NCBI GenBank assembly: GCA_045863855.1
Contig: BTVV01000024.1
Span: forward strand, 1-64,000
DNA from: Planctomycetota bacterium
Lineage (GTDB): Bacteria > Planctomycetota > SZUA-567 > H5-PLA8
Reading direction: 5' to 3'
Length of the DNA stretch: 64,000 nucleotides
Program-made: the position numbers and the translations under genes
Part shown: positions 17,594 through 27,958 of the stretch, piece after piece
How positions within the stretch are numbered: the first letter of the stretch is position 1
Layout: each line of letters opens with the position of its first letter
The notes under the pieces: model-generated
Told to the model about the DNA's origin: nothing
Database searches by the model: none
What the model saw: the letters and a program-made list of their open reading frames with translations, nothing else

Positions 17594-18238
17594 ATGGAGA
17601 ATATTGCGATGAGCTTAAGCGGTTTGCGGGTCAAGCGACGAGAAGCCGTGGCCGAAATGCTGGTCGAGGCGGCGGAGCAGGTCATTTCCGAAAAAGGCTA
17701 CGACCGGGCGACGATGCAGGACATCGCGACGGCGGCTGGGTGCGCCACGGGTACTTTGTACCTCTACTTCAAAACCAAGGAAGAACTCTTCAACGCGATG
17801 GTGGCCAAGCATTGCTCGGCGATCGTGGAATTGGCGCAGGCGGCCATGGATGCGCAGACGTCGCCGGTGGGGAAGCTGCGGGCGAAGATCGAGGCGACGA
17901 CGGATTACTTCGAGCGGCATCCGCAATTTTATCGTGTCTTTTACGTCGCCGGCCCGACGGTGAAGGCCACGATTCAGCAGAGTTTGCATGACGAGGCGCT
18001 GGAGGTGTACCAGGCGCTTCGGCAGGCCGAGGCGGAGGTGGTGGCGGCTGGGCAGCGGCAGGGCGTGGTGCGTTCGGACATCGCGGCCGACGAGCTGGTG
18101 GATTTCATGCACGCGCTGTGCGTGGGTACGACGGCGAGGTGGATCACGACGGGCCGCGTGCCGCCGCGGGCGGAACAGACGCGCCTGCTGTGGGCGGTGA
18201 CTTCGGGCATGTTGGGCATCCGGGAAGAACAACGATGA
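17594..18238 (+). CDS. TetR family regulator
   Basis: KGY..ATMQDIA.AAG...GTLYLYFKTKEELF; start 17594 or 17609. Confidence 0.9.
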   Translation: MENIAMSLSGLRVKRREAVAEMLVEAAEQVISEKGYDRATMQDIATAAGCATGTLYLYFKTKEELFNAMVAKHCSAIVELAQAAMDAQTSPVGKLRAKIEATTDYFERHPQFYRVFYVAGPTVKATIQQSLHDEALEVYQALRQAEAEVVAAGQRQGVVRSDIAADELVDFMHALCVGTTARWITTGRVPPRAEQTRLLWAVTSGMLGIREEQR

Positions 18239-19596
18239 GCATGACGAACCTTTTGGGCAGGGGACGCAACGCCTGTGCGATAGCGGCAGTGCTGGTGCTG
18301 ACGGGCTGCGCGAAGCAGGAAATGCCGCCGATGCCGCCGCCTCCGGTGACCGTCGCGCAGCCGGTGCAGAGGACGGTGCCGGTGTACGGCGAGTACGTGG
18401 GGCAGCTCGATTCGCCTCAGACGGTGGAGTTGCGCGCGCGCGTCGAGGGCTACCTGAAGGCGATCCGGTTCATTGAAGGCGCGGACGTCAAGCAGGGCCA
18501 GTTGCTCTTCGAGATCGACCCCGGCCAATACGAGGTTGCGCTGCAGCATGCGAAGGCTCAGTTGCTGACGGCCGAAGCCGCGCTGGCGCAGGCGCGCAAC
18601 GTCCGCGACGTGGAAGTGGACAAGGCCAACGTCGCGAAGGCCGAGGCGATGTTTGCCAACGCGCAGCAGATGGCGCGGGACGCGCGCGTGGCGTACGAAG
18701 CCAGCGCGATGCCGCGCGAGCAGTTGAATATCACCGAGACGACCATGAAGGAAGAGGCCGCGAACGCCGAGGCGATGAAGGCGAAGCTGGCGCAGTCGCA
18801 GGCCGATTACATCACGCGCGTGGCGCAGGCCGAGGCGCAGGTCGCGACGGCGAGGGCGGCGGTCGCGGACGCGGAACTGAAGCTGAGCTACACGAAGATC
18901 TACTCGCCGCTGGATGGGCGCGTGGGCCTCTCGCAGGTCAAGATCGGCGCGCTGGTGGGCCAAAACGAATCCACGCTGCTGGCGACGGTCTCGCTAGTGA
19001 ACCCCGTGCACGCGGTCTTCTCGATCAGCGAGCGTGAGGCGTTCGAGCTGCGCAAACTGGCGGGGGACGAGAAGCTGGGGCAGCCGCGCGACGGCTCGTT
19101 GCCGGTAAGCATGATCCTGGAAGATGGCGCGCTTTACCCGCAGGAAGGGAAGTTGAATTTCGTCGACCGCGCGCTGGACGCCGGCACAGGGACGCTGACG
19201 CTGCGTGCCGAGTTTCCCAATCCGGGCAAGTTCCTGCGCCCGGGAAATTTCGCGAAGGTGCGGATGCTGCTCACCGAGACGCCGGACGCGCTGCTGGTGA
19301 GCGAGCGGGCGGTGGGGCAGGACCAAGGCGGGCGCTATCTGCTGGTGGTGGGCGCGGAGGATAAGGTCGAGCGCCGCTCGATCCAGCTGGGCTCGCGCGC
19401 GGGCGACGGGCTGGTGGTGGTGAAGGAAGGGCTGAAGGCGGGCGAACGCGTGGTGGTGAAGGGCTTGCAGCGCGCGCGGCCGGGCTCGGTGGTGGCGCCC
19501 AGCGAAGAGCCGATGTTCGCGGGCACTGCGCCGGCGGTTCCGAAGGCCGGCCCCGAAACCGCTCAGACGGCCATGCGCCCGAAAGGCCGCGAGTAA
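18235..19596 (+). CDS. RND efflux periplasmic adaptor (MFP)
   Basis: Lipobox LTGC, RARVEGYL, G..VKQGQLLF.ID, YTKIYSPLDG, LRPG.F; ATGA overlap with TetR. Confidence 0.92.
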   Translation: MSMTNLLGRGRNACAIAAVLVLTGCAKQEMPPMPPPPVTVAQPVQRTVPVYGEYVGQLDSPQTVELRARVEGYLKAIRFIEGADVKQGQLLFEIDPGQYEVALQHAKAQLLTAEAALAQARNVRDVEVDKANVAKAEAMFANAQQMARDARVAYEASAMPREQLNITETTMKEEAANAEAMKAKLAQSQADYITRVAQAEAQVATARAAVADAELKLSYTKIYSPLDGRVGLSQVKIGALVGQNESTLLATVSLVNPVHAVFSISEREAFELRKLAGDEKLGQPRDGSLPVSMILEDGALYPQEGKLNFVDRALDAGTGTLTLRAEFPNPGKFLRPGNFAKVRMLLTETPDALLVSERAVGQDQGGRYLLVVGAEDKVERRSIQLGSRAGDGLVVVKEGLKAGERVVVKGLQRARPGSVVAPSEEPMFAGTAPAVPKAGPETAQTAMRPKGRE

Positions 19597-19599
19597 TCC

Positions 19600-22500
19600 A
19601 TGTTCTCACGCTTCTTCATCGAGCGCCCGGTCCTGGCCAACGTCATCGCGATCGTGACGATGATCGTCGGCGCCGTCGCGCTGTACCGGCTTCCGGTCGA
19701 GCAGTTCCCCGACATCTCGCCGCCCACGATCCGCGTTTCCACCGTGTACCCCGGCGCGAACGCACAGACGGTGGCCAACACCATCGCCAGTCCGATCGAG
19801 CAGCAGCTCAACGGCGTCGAGAACATGCTGTACATGCAGTCTACCAGCGCCAGCGACGGCTCGTACACGCTCACCGTCACCTTCGACATCGGGACAAACC
19901 TGGACATGGCCCAGGTGCTGGTGCAAAACCGTGTCTCGTCGGCGCTGCCGCAGCTTCCGTCGGACGTGCAGCGGCAGGGCGTGACCACGCGCAAGCAGTC
20001 CACCTCGATCATCATGTTCGTCTGCCTGATTTCGCCCGACGGGCGTTACGACAACCTGTTCCTGAGCAACTACGCGACGATCCGGCTGCGCGACGAACTG
20101 AGCCGCATCCCGGGCGTCGGCGACATCCTGGTGATCCCGAACAAAGATTACAGCATGCGCGTCTGGCTCGATCCGGAGCGCATGATGGCGCGGAACCTGA
20201 CGAGCCAGGACGTGATCTCGGCGCTTCAGGAGCAGAACGTGCAGGTGGCCGCCGGGCAGATCGGGCAGCCGCCGGCGGACAGCGGGCAGAACTTCCAGTA
20301 CACCGTCACGACGCTGGGCCGCCTGGAGGATGAAGCGCAGTTCGAAGAGATCGTGCTCAAGACGGCCGGCGACGGCTCCGGCCGGATCACGCGGCTGAAG
20401 GACGTGGCGCGGATCGAGCTGGGGAGCAAGGTGTACGACCAGTACTTCGAGGTCAACGGCTTGCCTTCGGCGGGGCTGGCGATCTTCCAGTCGCCGGGCG
20501 CGAACAGTCTGAAGGTGGCCGAGGACGTCCGCGACAAGATGGAGTCGTTGAAGAGTTCGTTTCCCGAAGGGATGGTCCACACGGTTCCGTACGACACCAC
20601 AAAGTTCGTGAAGGAGTCGATCAACGAGGTCTATGTCACGCTGCTGGAAGCGGGGATCCTGGTGCTGATCGTGATCCTCGTTTTCCTGCAGGACTGGCGG
20701 GCGGTCCTGATTCCGGCGACGACGGTGCCGGTGACGATCATCGGTGCGTTTTTCGCGATGTCCTGGCTGGGCTTTTCGATCAACATGCTGACGCTCTTCG
20801 GGCTGGTGCTGGCGATCGGGATTGTGGTAGACGACGCGATCGTGATCGTGGAAGGCGCGGCGCATAACATCGACAAGCGAGGCATGTCGGCGAAAGACGC
20901 CGCGATCCACGCGATGCACGAACTGCTGGGACCCATCATCGGGATCACGCTGGTGCTGTTGGCGGTCTTCCTTCCTGTGGCGTTCCTGGGCGGGATCACG
21001 GGGCAGCTCTACCGCCAGTTTGCGCTCACCATCGCCGCGACGGCGCTGATCAGCGCGATCAACGCGGTGACGCTGAAGCCGGTGCAGTGCGCGCAGTTCC
21101 TGAAGAAAACACCCGAGCGGCGCAACGTCTTCTTCCGGGCCTTCAATTGGGTCTACGACCGTGGCGAGGCGCTGTACGTGCGCTGCGTCCAATGGGTCGT
21201 GCGGCACGTGGCCGTCACGATGCTGGCGTTCGTCGCGCTGCTGGGCTTCGCGGGTTGGCTGTACCAGTCGCTCCCGACGGGTTTCTTTCCGCCCGAAGAC
21301 CAAGGCTACCTGATCTGCGGCGCGGTGCTGCCGGATGCGTCGTCGCAGGAGCGCACGCGCGAAGTGGCCGACCGGATCAACAAGGTGGTGATGGAGACGC
21401 CGGGGATCGACGGGGTGATCACGGTAGGCGGCCAGAATCTGCTCGACGGGACGATCTCGCCCAACGCGGCCACGTTTTACGTGCGGCTCAAACCGTGGGA
21501 AGAACGGCCCACGCCGGATCTATCGCAGGACGCCATCGTCGCCAACCTGCGCATGCGGCTCTTCGACATCCAGGAAGCGATGGTTTTCGCGTTCGTGCCT
21601 CCCGCGGTGCGCGGGCTGGGTTCGACGGGCGGCTTCCAGATGATGGTGCAGGACCGCGAAGGCATCGGGATGGACGCGATGGACGAGGCGCTGGGCGATT
21701 TCACCGGCGCGGCGGGGCAGGTGCCGGAAGTGGCCGCGGTGAGCAACGCCTTCCGGCCCAGCGTGCCGCAGGTTTACGCCGATATCGACCGCGACAAGGC
21801 GATGGCCATGAACGTGCCGCTCTCCAGCGTCTTCAACGCGATGCAGACGTATTTAGGTTCGGCGTACGTGAACGATTTCAATAAGTTCGGGCGGACGTAC
21901 CAGGTGCGCGTGCAGGGCGAAGGCGCGTTCCGCGCCGATCCCGAAGAGATCAAGCGCATCCGCACCCGCAATCGGGATGGCGAGATGGTGCCGCTGGGCA
22001 CGCTGGTGAACATCGAGGAACGCAGCGGCCCGCAGGTGGTGACGCGCTACAACCTCTTCACGGCGGCGACGATCAACGGCGAAGCGTCGGCGGGGCGCAG
22101 TTCGGGCGAGGCGTTGCTGCGCATGGAAGAAGTGGCCGCTCGCACGCTGCCGTCGTCGATGGGGTACGAGTGGACGGGGATGGCGTACCAGGAGCGGAAA
22201 GTCGGCAACGAGGCGCTGTGGATTTATGCGCTGGCGGTGCTGATGGTGTACCTGGTGCTGGCCGGGCAGTACGAGAGCTGGACCAGCCCGATGGCGGTGA
22301 TCCTGGTGGTTCCGCTGGGGATCCTGGGCGCGGCGGTGGCGGTGGCCCTGCGCGGGATGGACAACAACGTCTACACGCAGATCGGGGTGGTGCTGATCAT
22401 CGCGCTGGCGAGCAAGAACGCGATCCTGATCGTCGAGGTTGCGCGCGAATTGCGTGCGGGAGGAACGGGCCTGCTGGAAGCGGCGGTCGAGGCGTCGCAG

Positions 22501-22764
22501 CGTCGCTTGCGGCCGATCCTGATGACCTCGTTCGCGTTCATCCTGGGGGTCTATCCGCTGACGGCGGCCACCGGCGCGGGTTCGGCCAGCCGGCGCGCGC
22601 TGGGCACGGCGGTCTTTGGCGGGATGCTGGCATCCACGATTCTGGCGGTGGTCTTCGTGCCGGCGTTCTTCGTGATGATGCAGCGGCTGAGCGAAGGCTA
22701 CGCGAAGTGGCGCGGCCACGCGCCGCAGGCGGCCCGCGAAGCGGCGCCTGCTTCGGCGGATTGA
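19600..22764 (+). CDS. RND efflux permease, HAE1 (AcrB/MexF-like)
   Basis: FFIERPV, GIVVDDAIVIVE, KNAILIVE, RLRPILMTS. Confidence 0.96.
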   Translation: MFSRFFIERPVLANVIAIVTMIVGAVALYRLPVEQFPDISPPTIRVSTVYPGANAQTVANTIASPIEQQLNGVENMLYMQSTSASDGSYTLTVTFDIGTNLDMAQVLVQNRVSSALPQLPSDVQRQGVTTRKQSTSIIMFVCLISPDGRYDNLFLSNYATIRLRDELSRIPGVGDILVIPNKDYSMRVWLDPERMMARNLTSQDVISALQEQNVQVAAGQIGQPPADSGQNFQYTVTTLGRLEDEAQFEEIVLKTAGDGSGRITRLKDVARIELGSKVYDQYFEVNGLPSAGLAIFQSPGANSLKVAEDVRDKMESLKSSFPEGMVHTVPYDTTKFVKESINEVYVTLLEAGILVLIVILVFLQDWRAVLIPATTVPVTIIGAFFAMSWLGFSINMLTLFGLVLAIGIVVDDAIVIVEGAAHNIDKRGMSAKDAAIHAMHELLGPIIGITLVLLAVFLPVAFLGGITGQLYRQFALTIAATALISAINAVTLKPVQCAQFLKKTPERRNVFFRAFNWVYDRGEALYVRCVQWVVRHVAVTMLAFVALLGFAGWLYQSLPTGFFPPEDQGYLICGAVLPDASSQERTREVADRINKVVMETPGIDGVITVGGQNLLDGTISPNAATFYVRLKPWEERPTPDLSQDAIVANLRMRLFDIQEAMVFAFVPPAVRGLGSTGGFQMMVQDREGIGMDAMDEALGDFTGAAGQVPEVAAVSNAFRPSVPQVYADIDRDKAMAMNVPLSSVFNAMQTYLGSAYVNDFNKFGRTYQVRVQGEGAFRADPEEIKRIRTRNRDGEMVPLGTLVNIEERSGPQVVTRYNLFTAATINGEASAGRSSGEALLRMEEVAARTLPSSMGYEWTGMAYQERKVGNEALWIYALAVLMVYLVLAGQYESWTSPMAVILVVPLGILGAAVAVALRGMDNNVYTQIGVVLIIALASKNAILIVEVARELRAGGTGLLEAAVEASQRRLRPILMTSFAFILGVYPLTAATGAGSASRRALGTAVFGGMLASTILAVVFVPAFFVMMQRLSEGYAKWRGHAPQAAREAAPASAD

Positions 22765-22768
22765 AGGT

Positions 22769-24517
22769 CTACACCAGCCCGCATTCCCGCAACCAGCCGT
22801 AGAGCGTTTTGCGCGTCACGCCCAAGGCGGCGGCGGCGCGCGCTTTGTTGCCTTTGGCGTCGCGATAGGCCGCGCGCACGGCTTGCCGCCAGGCTTCGCC
22901 GCGCCCGGTTCCTGCGCCGGGCTCGGCGATGGTGCGCAGCGGCTGGAAGAAAGCGCCTTCCAGGACCGGGCCGTCTTCGCGCAGCGCGGCCTGCAGAATC
23001 ACGTGCTGCAACTCGCGCACGTTACCGGGCCAGGCGTGAACTTCGAGGCGTTCGACGAAGTGCGGGGCCAGCCCGATCAGGCGCTTGTCGAGCTGGATCG
23101 CGAGTCGGCGGAGGATCTCTTCGGCCAGCAGGATCAGATCGCCGCCGCGTTCGCGCAGCGGCGGGACGCCGAGCGTGAACTGATTGAGGCGATGGTACAG
23201 GTCGGCACGGAAGAGGCCGCGTTCGACGAGCCGTTCCAGGGGGACGTTGGCGGCGGCGACGACACGGACATCGACGGGGATTACCTGATTGCCGCCGACG
23301 CGGGTGATTTCGTGCTGCTGTAGCGCGCGGAGGAGCGCCACCTGGCCGTGCGGGCTGAGCGAGGCGATCTCGTCGAGGAAGAGCGTTCCGCGGTGCGCGA
23401 GTTCGAACTTGCCCGGTCGGCGGCGGTCCGCACCGGTGAACGCGCCTTTCTCGTGCCCAAAAAGTTCGCTTTCCAGGAGGGTTTCGGGGAGCGCGCCGCA
23501 GTTGAGCGTCACGAAGGCCTGGTGCGCGCGGGCGCTGAGGCGGTGCACTTGACCGGCGACGAGTTCCTTGCCCGCGCCGGTCTCGCCTTCGATCAGGACG
23601 CCGACGTCGTAGCCGGCCACGCGCCGGATGAGCTGGAAGAGTTCGGCCATGGCCGGGCTGCGCCCGATCATCGGCCCCAGACTCGCTTCGCCCGGCGAGC
23701 CGACGGCCGCCGCGACGCTCTTGAAGCGCCGCACCGTCGTGCCCGTGATGTCGCGCAGCGGGAGGCGTTCGAAGACCGAGCCGCCCGCGAAGCCTTCGAC
23801 GCTCGTGAAGCGAAAGAGCAGTTCCAGGTCTTCGGGCGTCGTGACCGGCCCGCCGTAGGCGAGACAGGGAATGCCGGGGCGGACCGCGCGCACCGCCGCG
23901 TGCATCGCGTTCAGTGTCGTGAACGCCTGCTGCAAGCGGTCGCGCTTCTGCTGCAAATCGGCGATGCCCTGCGTGAGGCCCATTACCAGCACCACGCCGT
24001 CGCAACCGCTCTCGGCCCACCGCGCGGCCTCTTCGGCCGTGTACGCATACGGGAACGTCTCGAAGCCCAGCGTCTTGGCCCACCGCAGCGCCTCGATCTC
24101 GCGGGCGAGGCTCAACCCGTCGGCTTCGAGCGCCGAGCGGTAGGTTCCGTCGATTGCGCCGACGGACGGCCAGAGCGTCAACGCGCGAACTCCCCAATGC
24201 TTGTAGCGTTCGAGCGCCGCGGCCAGTTCGGGATCGCCGGCGTGCCCAAAGCATCCGGCCAGAACCGGGCAGGCGCCGGTGTGCGGAAGCAGGTGCTCGC
24301 GCAGCAACGCTTCGGTCTGCGCGTTGGCGTTTCCGTAAGGCATGAACGCAGCGATGCTCGAGCGGCCTAAGGTGCGGAAGTAGCCGGCGCTGAGCGCGAC
24401 GAGGTAGTCGGCGCCGGCGTGGACGGCGGCGCGGGCGACTTCGCCGGACCCGGCGACGACGCCGATGGTGCGCTCCTTCCGGCGCGCGCCATCTATAAGG
24501 AGGGCTTTCAAGCTCAT
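22769..24517 (-). CDS. Sigma54-dependent activator with N-terminal TIM-barrel (PEP-hydrolase-like) domain
   Basis: GETGAGKE, ESELFGHEKGAFTGA, LFLDEI, WPGNVREL, Fis HTH; N-terminus resembles the 26307 TIM-barrel protein (PYGNAN, GGP, GF.G.S..ERLP). Confidence 0.9.
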   Translation of the reverse strand: MSLKALLIDGARRKERTIGVVAGSGEVARAAVHAGADYLVALSAGYFRTLGRSSIAAFMPYGNANAQTEALLREHLLPHTGACPVLAGCFGHAGDPELAAALERYKHWGVRALTLWPSVGAIDGTYRSALEADGLSLAREIEALRWAKTLGFETFPYAYTAEEAARWAESGCDGVVLVMGLTQGIADLQQKRDRLQQAFTTLNAMHAAVRAVRPGIPCLAYGGPVTTPEDLELLFRFTSVEGFAGGSVFERLPLRDITGTTVRRFKSVAAAVGSPGEASLGPMIGRSPAMAELFQLIRRVAGYDVGVLIEGETGAGKELVAGQVHRLSARAHQAFVTLNCGALPETLLESELFGHEKGAFTGADRRRPGKFELAHRGTLFLDEIASLSPHGQVALLRALQQHEITRVGGNQVIPVDVRVVAAANVPLERLVERGLFRADLYHRLNQFTLGVPPLRERGGDLILLAEEILRRLAIQLDKRLIGLAPHFVERLEVHAWPGNVRELQHVILQAALREDGPVLEGAFFQPLRTIAEPGAGTGRGEAWRQAVRAAYRDAKGNKARAAAALGVTRKTLYGWLRECGLV

Positions 24518-24527
24518 CGCGGGCCCC

Positions 24528-24571
24528 AGTGTATACTGAAAGTGTATAATACAAGTATACACCTATACACT
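24528..24571. promoter_or_regulatory. Candidate activator binding sites (UAS)
   Basis: AGTGTATA at 24528 and 24541, inverted TATACAC at 24556 and 24564. Confidence 0.6.
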
Positions 24572-24651
24572 TCGGCATTGCATAAGCACCTTGATTGAAT
24601 TATAAAGTATTGTCAATAAATGGTTTGTGATGTAACCCCAACTGCTTGGGC

Positions 24652-24668
24652 TTGGCCCCAGCCTTGCG
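24652..24668 (+). promoter_or_regulatory. Sigma54 -24/-12 promoter
   Basis: TTGGCCCCAGCCTTGCG with GG-N10-GC spacing, just upstream of the cupin RBS and divergent from a GAFTGA activator. Confidence 0.7.
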
Positions 24669-24695
24669 TTACTTCACCTCATAAAGGAGCTGACC

Positions 24696-25109
24696 ATGTT
24701 GGAGCGGTTCTTCATCCAAGCCGAGCGTGCGTACGCGACGCTTCCCTTTGGGCAGGTCGCGCGCCTGAGCGCTCCGAGTCTCACCGGCGCCGAGAAGCTC
24801 ACGATCATGGATGTGAAACTCAATCCCGGCGCCGGGCACAGCTTCCATTTTCACCCCAAGCAGGAAGAGACGATCTACGTGCTCGAAGGCCGGATCGAAC
24901 AGTGGTTGGAGCACGAGCGGCGCATTCTGAGCGCCGGGGATGCGCTCTTTATTCCGCGCGCGACGGTGCATGCGAGCTTTAACAGCTTCGAGGCGCCCGC
25001 GCGGGTGCTGGCGATTCTGGGACCGTGCGCCGGCGACGACGGCTACGAGGTGGTCGACGTCTTCGACCGCGCGCCGTGGAAAGATCTGCGGGGGCCGGCG
25101 CATGTCTAA
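24696..25109 (+). CDS. Cupin domain protein
   Basis: HSFHFHPKQEE.IYVLEG...GD.LFIP..TVH. Confidence 0.88.
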   Translation: MLERFFIQAERAYATLPFGQVARLSAPSLTGAEKLTIMDVKLNPGAGHSFHFHPKQEETIYVLEGRIEQWLEHERRILSAGDALFIPRATVHASFNSFEAPARVLAILGPCAGDDGYEVVDVFDRAPWKDLRGPAHV

Positions 25110-26310
25110 GCGCGCGTACGTCGTCGGGACCTGCGACACCAAGGGCGAAGAACTGCGCTACGTTCGCGATCTGCTCGCCGCGGCCGGCTTGGAGACCTGC
25201 CTGGTGGACGTGGGCACGCGCAGCCGTGCGAGCGACGTGGACGTGACGGCGGCCGAAGTGGCCGCCTGCGCGCCGGGCGGCGCGGCGCTGCTGGACCTCG
25301 ACGACCGCGGCGCGGCGGTGACGCGGATGGCCGAAGGGCTGGCGGTGTATCTGCGTTCGCGCGAAGAGATCGGCGGCATCATCGGGCTGGGCGGGAGCGG
25401 CAATACGACGCTGGTGACGCACGCGATGCAGGCCTTGCCGGTGGGGTTGCCCAAGCTGATGGTCTCGACGGTGGCGGCGGGGAACTGCGCGCCGTACGTC
25501 GGCGGCAGCGATATCGCGATGCTGTACGCGGTGACGGATATCGCGGGCTTGAACAGCATTTCGCGCGTCGTGCTGGCCAACGCGGCGCACGCGCTGTACG
25601 GCATGATGGTCCGGCCCGCGCCGCCCGCGGCCGATCCCAAGCCGGCGCTGGGCCTGACGATGTACGGCGTGACGACCCCGTGCGTTACGGCGGTCCGCCA
25701 GAAGCTCGAGAGCGCCTTCGACTGCCTCGTGTTTCACGCCACCGCGCAGGGGCGCAAGTCTCTCGAGAAGCTGGCGGCCTCGAACCTGCTCGACGGGCAG
25801 CTCGATTTGACCACGACGCAGCTCGCGATTTTCACGCCGGGCCTGGAGCGGACGAACCCCGGCTACTTCGAGCCGGCGATCCGCGCGCGCGTGCCGATCG
25901 TGGCCTCGGTGGGCGCGCAGGACATGGTCAACTTCGGCCCGCCGGAGACGATCCCCGCGCACCTGAAGCAGCGGCTTTTCTACCGGCATAACGCGCACGC
26001 GACGCTGATGCGGACGAACCGCGACGAGAACGCGGCGATCGGGCGCTGGCTGGGCGAGCAGCTCAACCGTTTCGAAAGCCCCGTGCGCATGCTGCTGCCC
26101 GAGCGCGGCGTGTCGGCCATCGACGCGGAGGGTCAGCCGTTCTTCGACCCCGAAGCGGACGCGGCGCTTTTCGAAGGCATCGAACGCAGCGTGCAGGAAA
26201 CCCGGCAGCGCAAGGTGTCGCGCGTGCCGGAACACATCAACGCGCCCGGATTTGCCCAAGCGGCGGTGGACGCGTGGCACGAAGTCCGAACCTCAAGGAG
26301 CCGAACGTGA
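25102..26310 (+). CDS. Tm-1-like ATP-binding domain protein (UPF0261)
   Basis: [56 protein letters not shown]. Confidence 0.9.
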   Translation: MSKRAYVVGTCDTKGEELRYVRDLLAAAGLETCLVDVGTRSRASDVDVTAAEVAACAPGGAALLDLDDRGAAVTRMAEGLAVYLRSREEIGGIIGLGGSGNTTLVTHAMQALPVGLPKLMVSTVAAGNCAPYVGGSDIAMLYAVTDIAGLNSISRVVLANAAHALYGMMVRPAPPAADPKPALGLTMYGVTTPCVTAVRQKLESAFDCLVFHATAQGRKSLEKLAASNLLDGQLDLTTTQLAIFTPGLERTNPGYFEPAIRARVPIVASVGAQDMVNFGPPETIPAHLKQRLFYRHNAHATLMRTNRDENAAIGRWLGEQLNRFESPVRMLLPERGVSAIDAEGQPFFDPEADAALFEGIERSVQETRQRKVSRVPEHINAPGFAQAAVDAWHEVRTSRSRT

Positions 26311-27158
26311 ATCAGAGCAGAACGGAGATACTCAAGCGCTTGCGCGGCAAGATCGCCGAAGGCCGCCCGGTGATCGGCGGCGGCGCCGGCACGGGGATTT
26401 CGGCCAAATGCGAGGAGGCCGGCGGGATCGATCTGATCGTGATCTACAATTCGGGGCGCTACCGCATGGCCGGGCGCGGATCGATGTGCGGCACGATGCC
26501 GTACGGAAACGCGAACCAGGTGATGAAGGAGATGGCGTACGAGGTGCTGACGGCTGTGACGCATACACCCGTCCTGGCCGGGGTCTGCGCCACCGATCCG
26601 TTCATGCTGCGCGATCTGTTCCTGCAGGAACTGAAAGCGATGGGCTTCGCGGGCGTGCAGAATTTTCCCACCGTGGGGCTGATCGACGGGGTGTACCGGC
26701 AGAACCTTGAAGAGGTGGGCATCTGCTACAAGACCGAAGTGGAGATGGTCGCGAAGGCGCGCGAGATGGACTTGCTCACGTCGCCCTACGTTTTCAACAC
26801 CGACGAAGCGAAGCAGATGGCACAAGCCGGCGCAGACCTGGTGGTCGCGCATATGGGCCTGACGGTCTCGGGGACCATCGGGGCCAAAACCTTCAAGCCG
26901 CTCGACCAGGCCGTGCGCGAAGTCCAGGCCATGGCCGATGCGTGCAAGGCGGTGCGCGAGGACGTGATCGTGATCTGCCACGGCGGGCCGATCGCGAGCC
27001 CGGCCGACGCGCAGTACATCATGGACCGCTGCGAAGGCATCGACGGCTTCTACGGCGCGAGCAGCATGGAACGCCTTCCGGTCGAGACGGCGATGACGCA
27101 GCACGTCGAAGCATTCGTAAACCTGAAGCTCCCGCAACGCGCGGGCGCGCGGCGCTAA
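26307..27158 (+). CDS. TIM-barrel signal transduction / PEP hydrolase-like protein
   Basis: [57 protein letters not shown]. Confidence 0.92.
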   Translation: MNQSRTEILKRLRGKIAEGRPVIGGGAGTGISAKCEEAGGIDLIVIYNSGRYRMAGRGSMCGTMPYGNANQVMKEMAYEVLTAVTHTPVLAGVCATDPFMLRDLFLQELKAMGFAGVQNFPTVGLIDGVYRQNLEEVGICYKTEVEMVAKAREMDLLTSPYVFNTDEAKQMAQAGADLVVAHMGLTVSGTIGAKTFKPLDQAVREVQAMADACKAVREDVIVICHGGPIASPADAQYIMDRCEGIDGFYGASSMERLPVETAMTQHVEAFVNLKLPQRAGARR

Positions 27159-27169
27159 AGGAGCGCACG

Positions 27170-27955
27170 ATGCCGCGATTCGCGTGCATGGAACTGATGT
27201 GGGGCGGCGTGGAGGGCGTGAAGTTCGAGCCCTGGCTGCGCGAGGTCCGCGCCTGCGGCTTCGAAGGCGTCGCGCTGCGTGCGGCGACGCTGCGCGGCAC
27301 GGACGGCGCGCGTGCGCTGCTGGCGAAGCACGGGCTGAAGCTGGCGGCGGCGTATCTGCCGCTGCACGACGCGGACGCGCATCTGGAGACGCTGGCGCGC
27401 GCGCTGGCCGAACTGGATTGCGCGGATGTGGTGCTGCACGGCGGCGCCAGGGGCGGGGAGGCCGAACGCGCGGCGGCGGCGGAACGCATCGCCGAGCTGG
27501 GTGCGCGCGCGGCGAAGCGAGGGCTGCGCGCTTCGTATCATCACCACAGCGGGACGCCGTTCGAGACGCTGGAAGAGGCCGAGGCGCTGCTGCGCGGGAT
27601 CGATCCGGAGCATCTGGCCGGATTCTGCGACACGGGCCACGCTACGCAGGATTTCGCGGGGCATCCGGCCGAGCAACGCGCTCTGCTTTTCCTGGAGCGC
27701 AACTGGGCGCGGATGCGTGTCCTGGAATTCAAGGCGTGGACGCCGGAGCGGGGTTTGAATTCCGAACTCGGCGAAGGCCCGTGCGATCTCGCCGCGCTGG
27801 GGCGCTTTCTCACCGAGCGGCGTTACGCGGGCTGGATCGTTTTGGAGCAGAACGCGCCAGCGCCGGGCCGGATGCCGCGGGAATCGGCGGCGCGCAGTTT
27901 GGCGGTGGCGCGGGCGCTTTTTCGAGCGCACGCAGCCGTACCTTCAAGGAGCTAG
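27170..27955 (+). CDS. Sugar phosphate isomerase/epimerase (IolE-like TIM barrel)
   Basis: YHHHSGT..E, DTGH, ELGEG..D, GWIVLEQ. Confidence 0.8.
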   Translation: MPRFACMELMWGGVEGVKFEPWLREVRACGFEGVALRAATLRGTDGARALLAKHGLKLAAAYLPLHDADAHLETLARALAELDCADVVLHGGARGGEAERAAAAERIAELGARAAKRGLRASYHHHSGTPFETLEEAEALLRGIDPEHLAGFCDTGHATQDFAGHPAEQRALLFLERNWARMRVLEFKAWTPERGLNSELGEGPCDLAALGRFLTERRYAGWIVLEQNAPAPGRMPRESAARSLAVARALFRAHAAVPSRS

Positions 27956-27958
27956 AGC

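Noticed and set aside
18235..22764. Missing outer membrane factor as a novelty
   Set aside because: RND operons commonly use a TolC-like channel encoded elsewhere.
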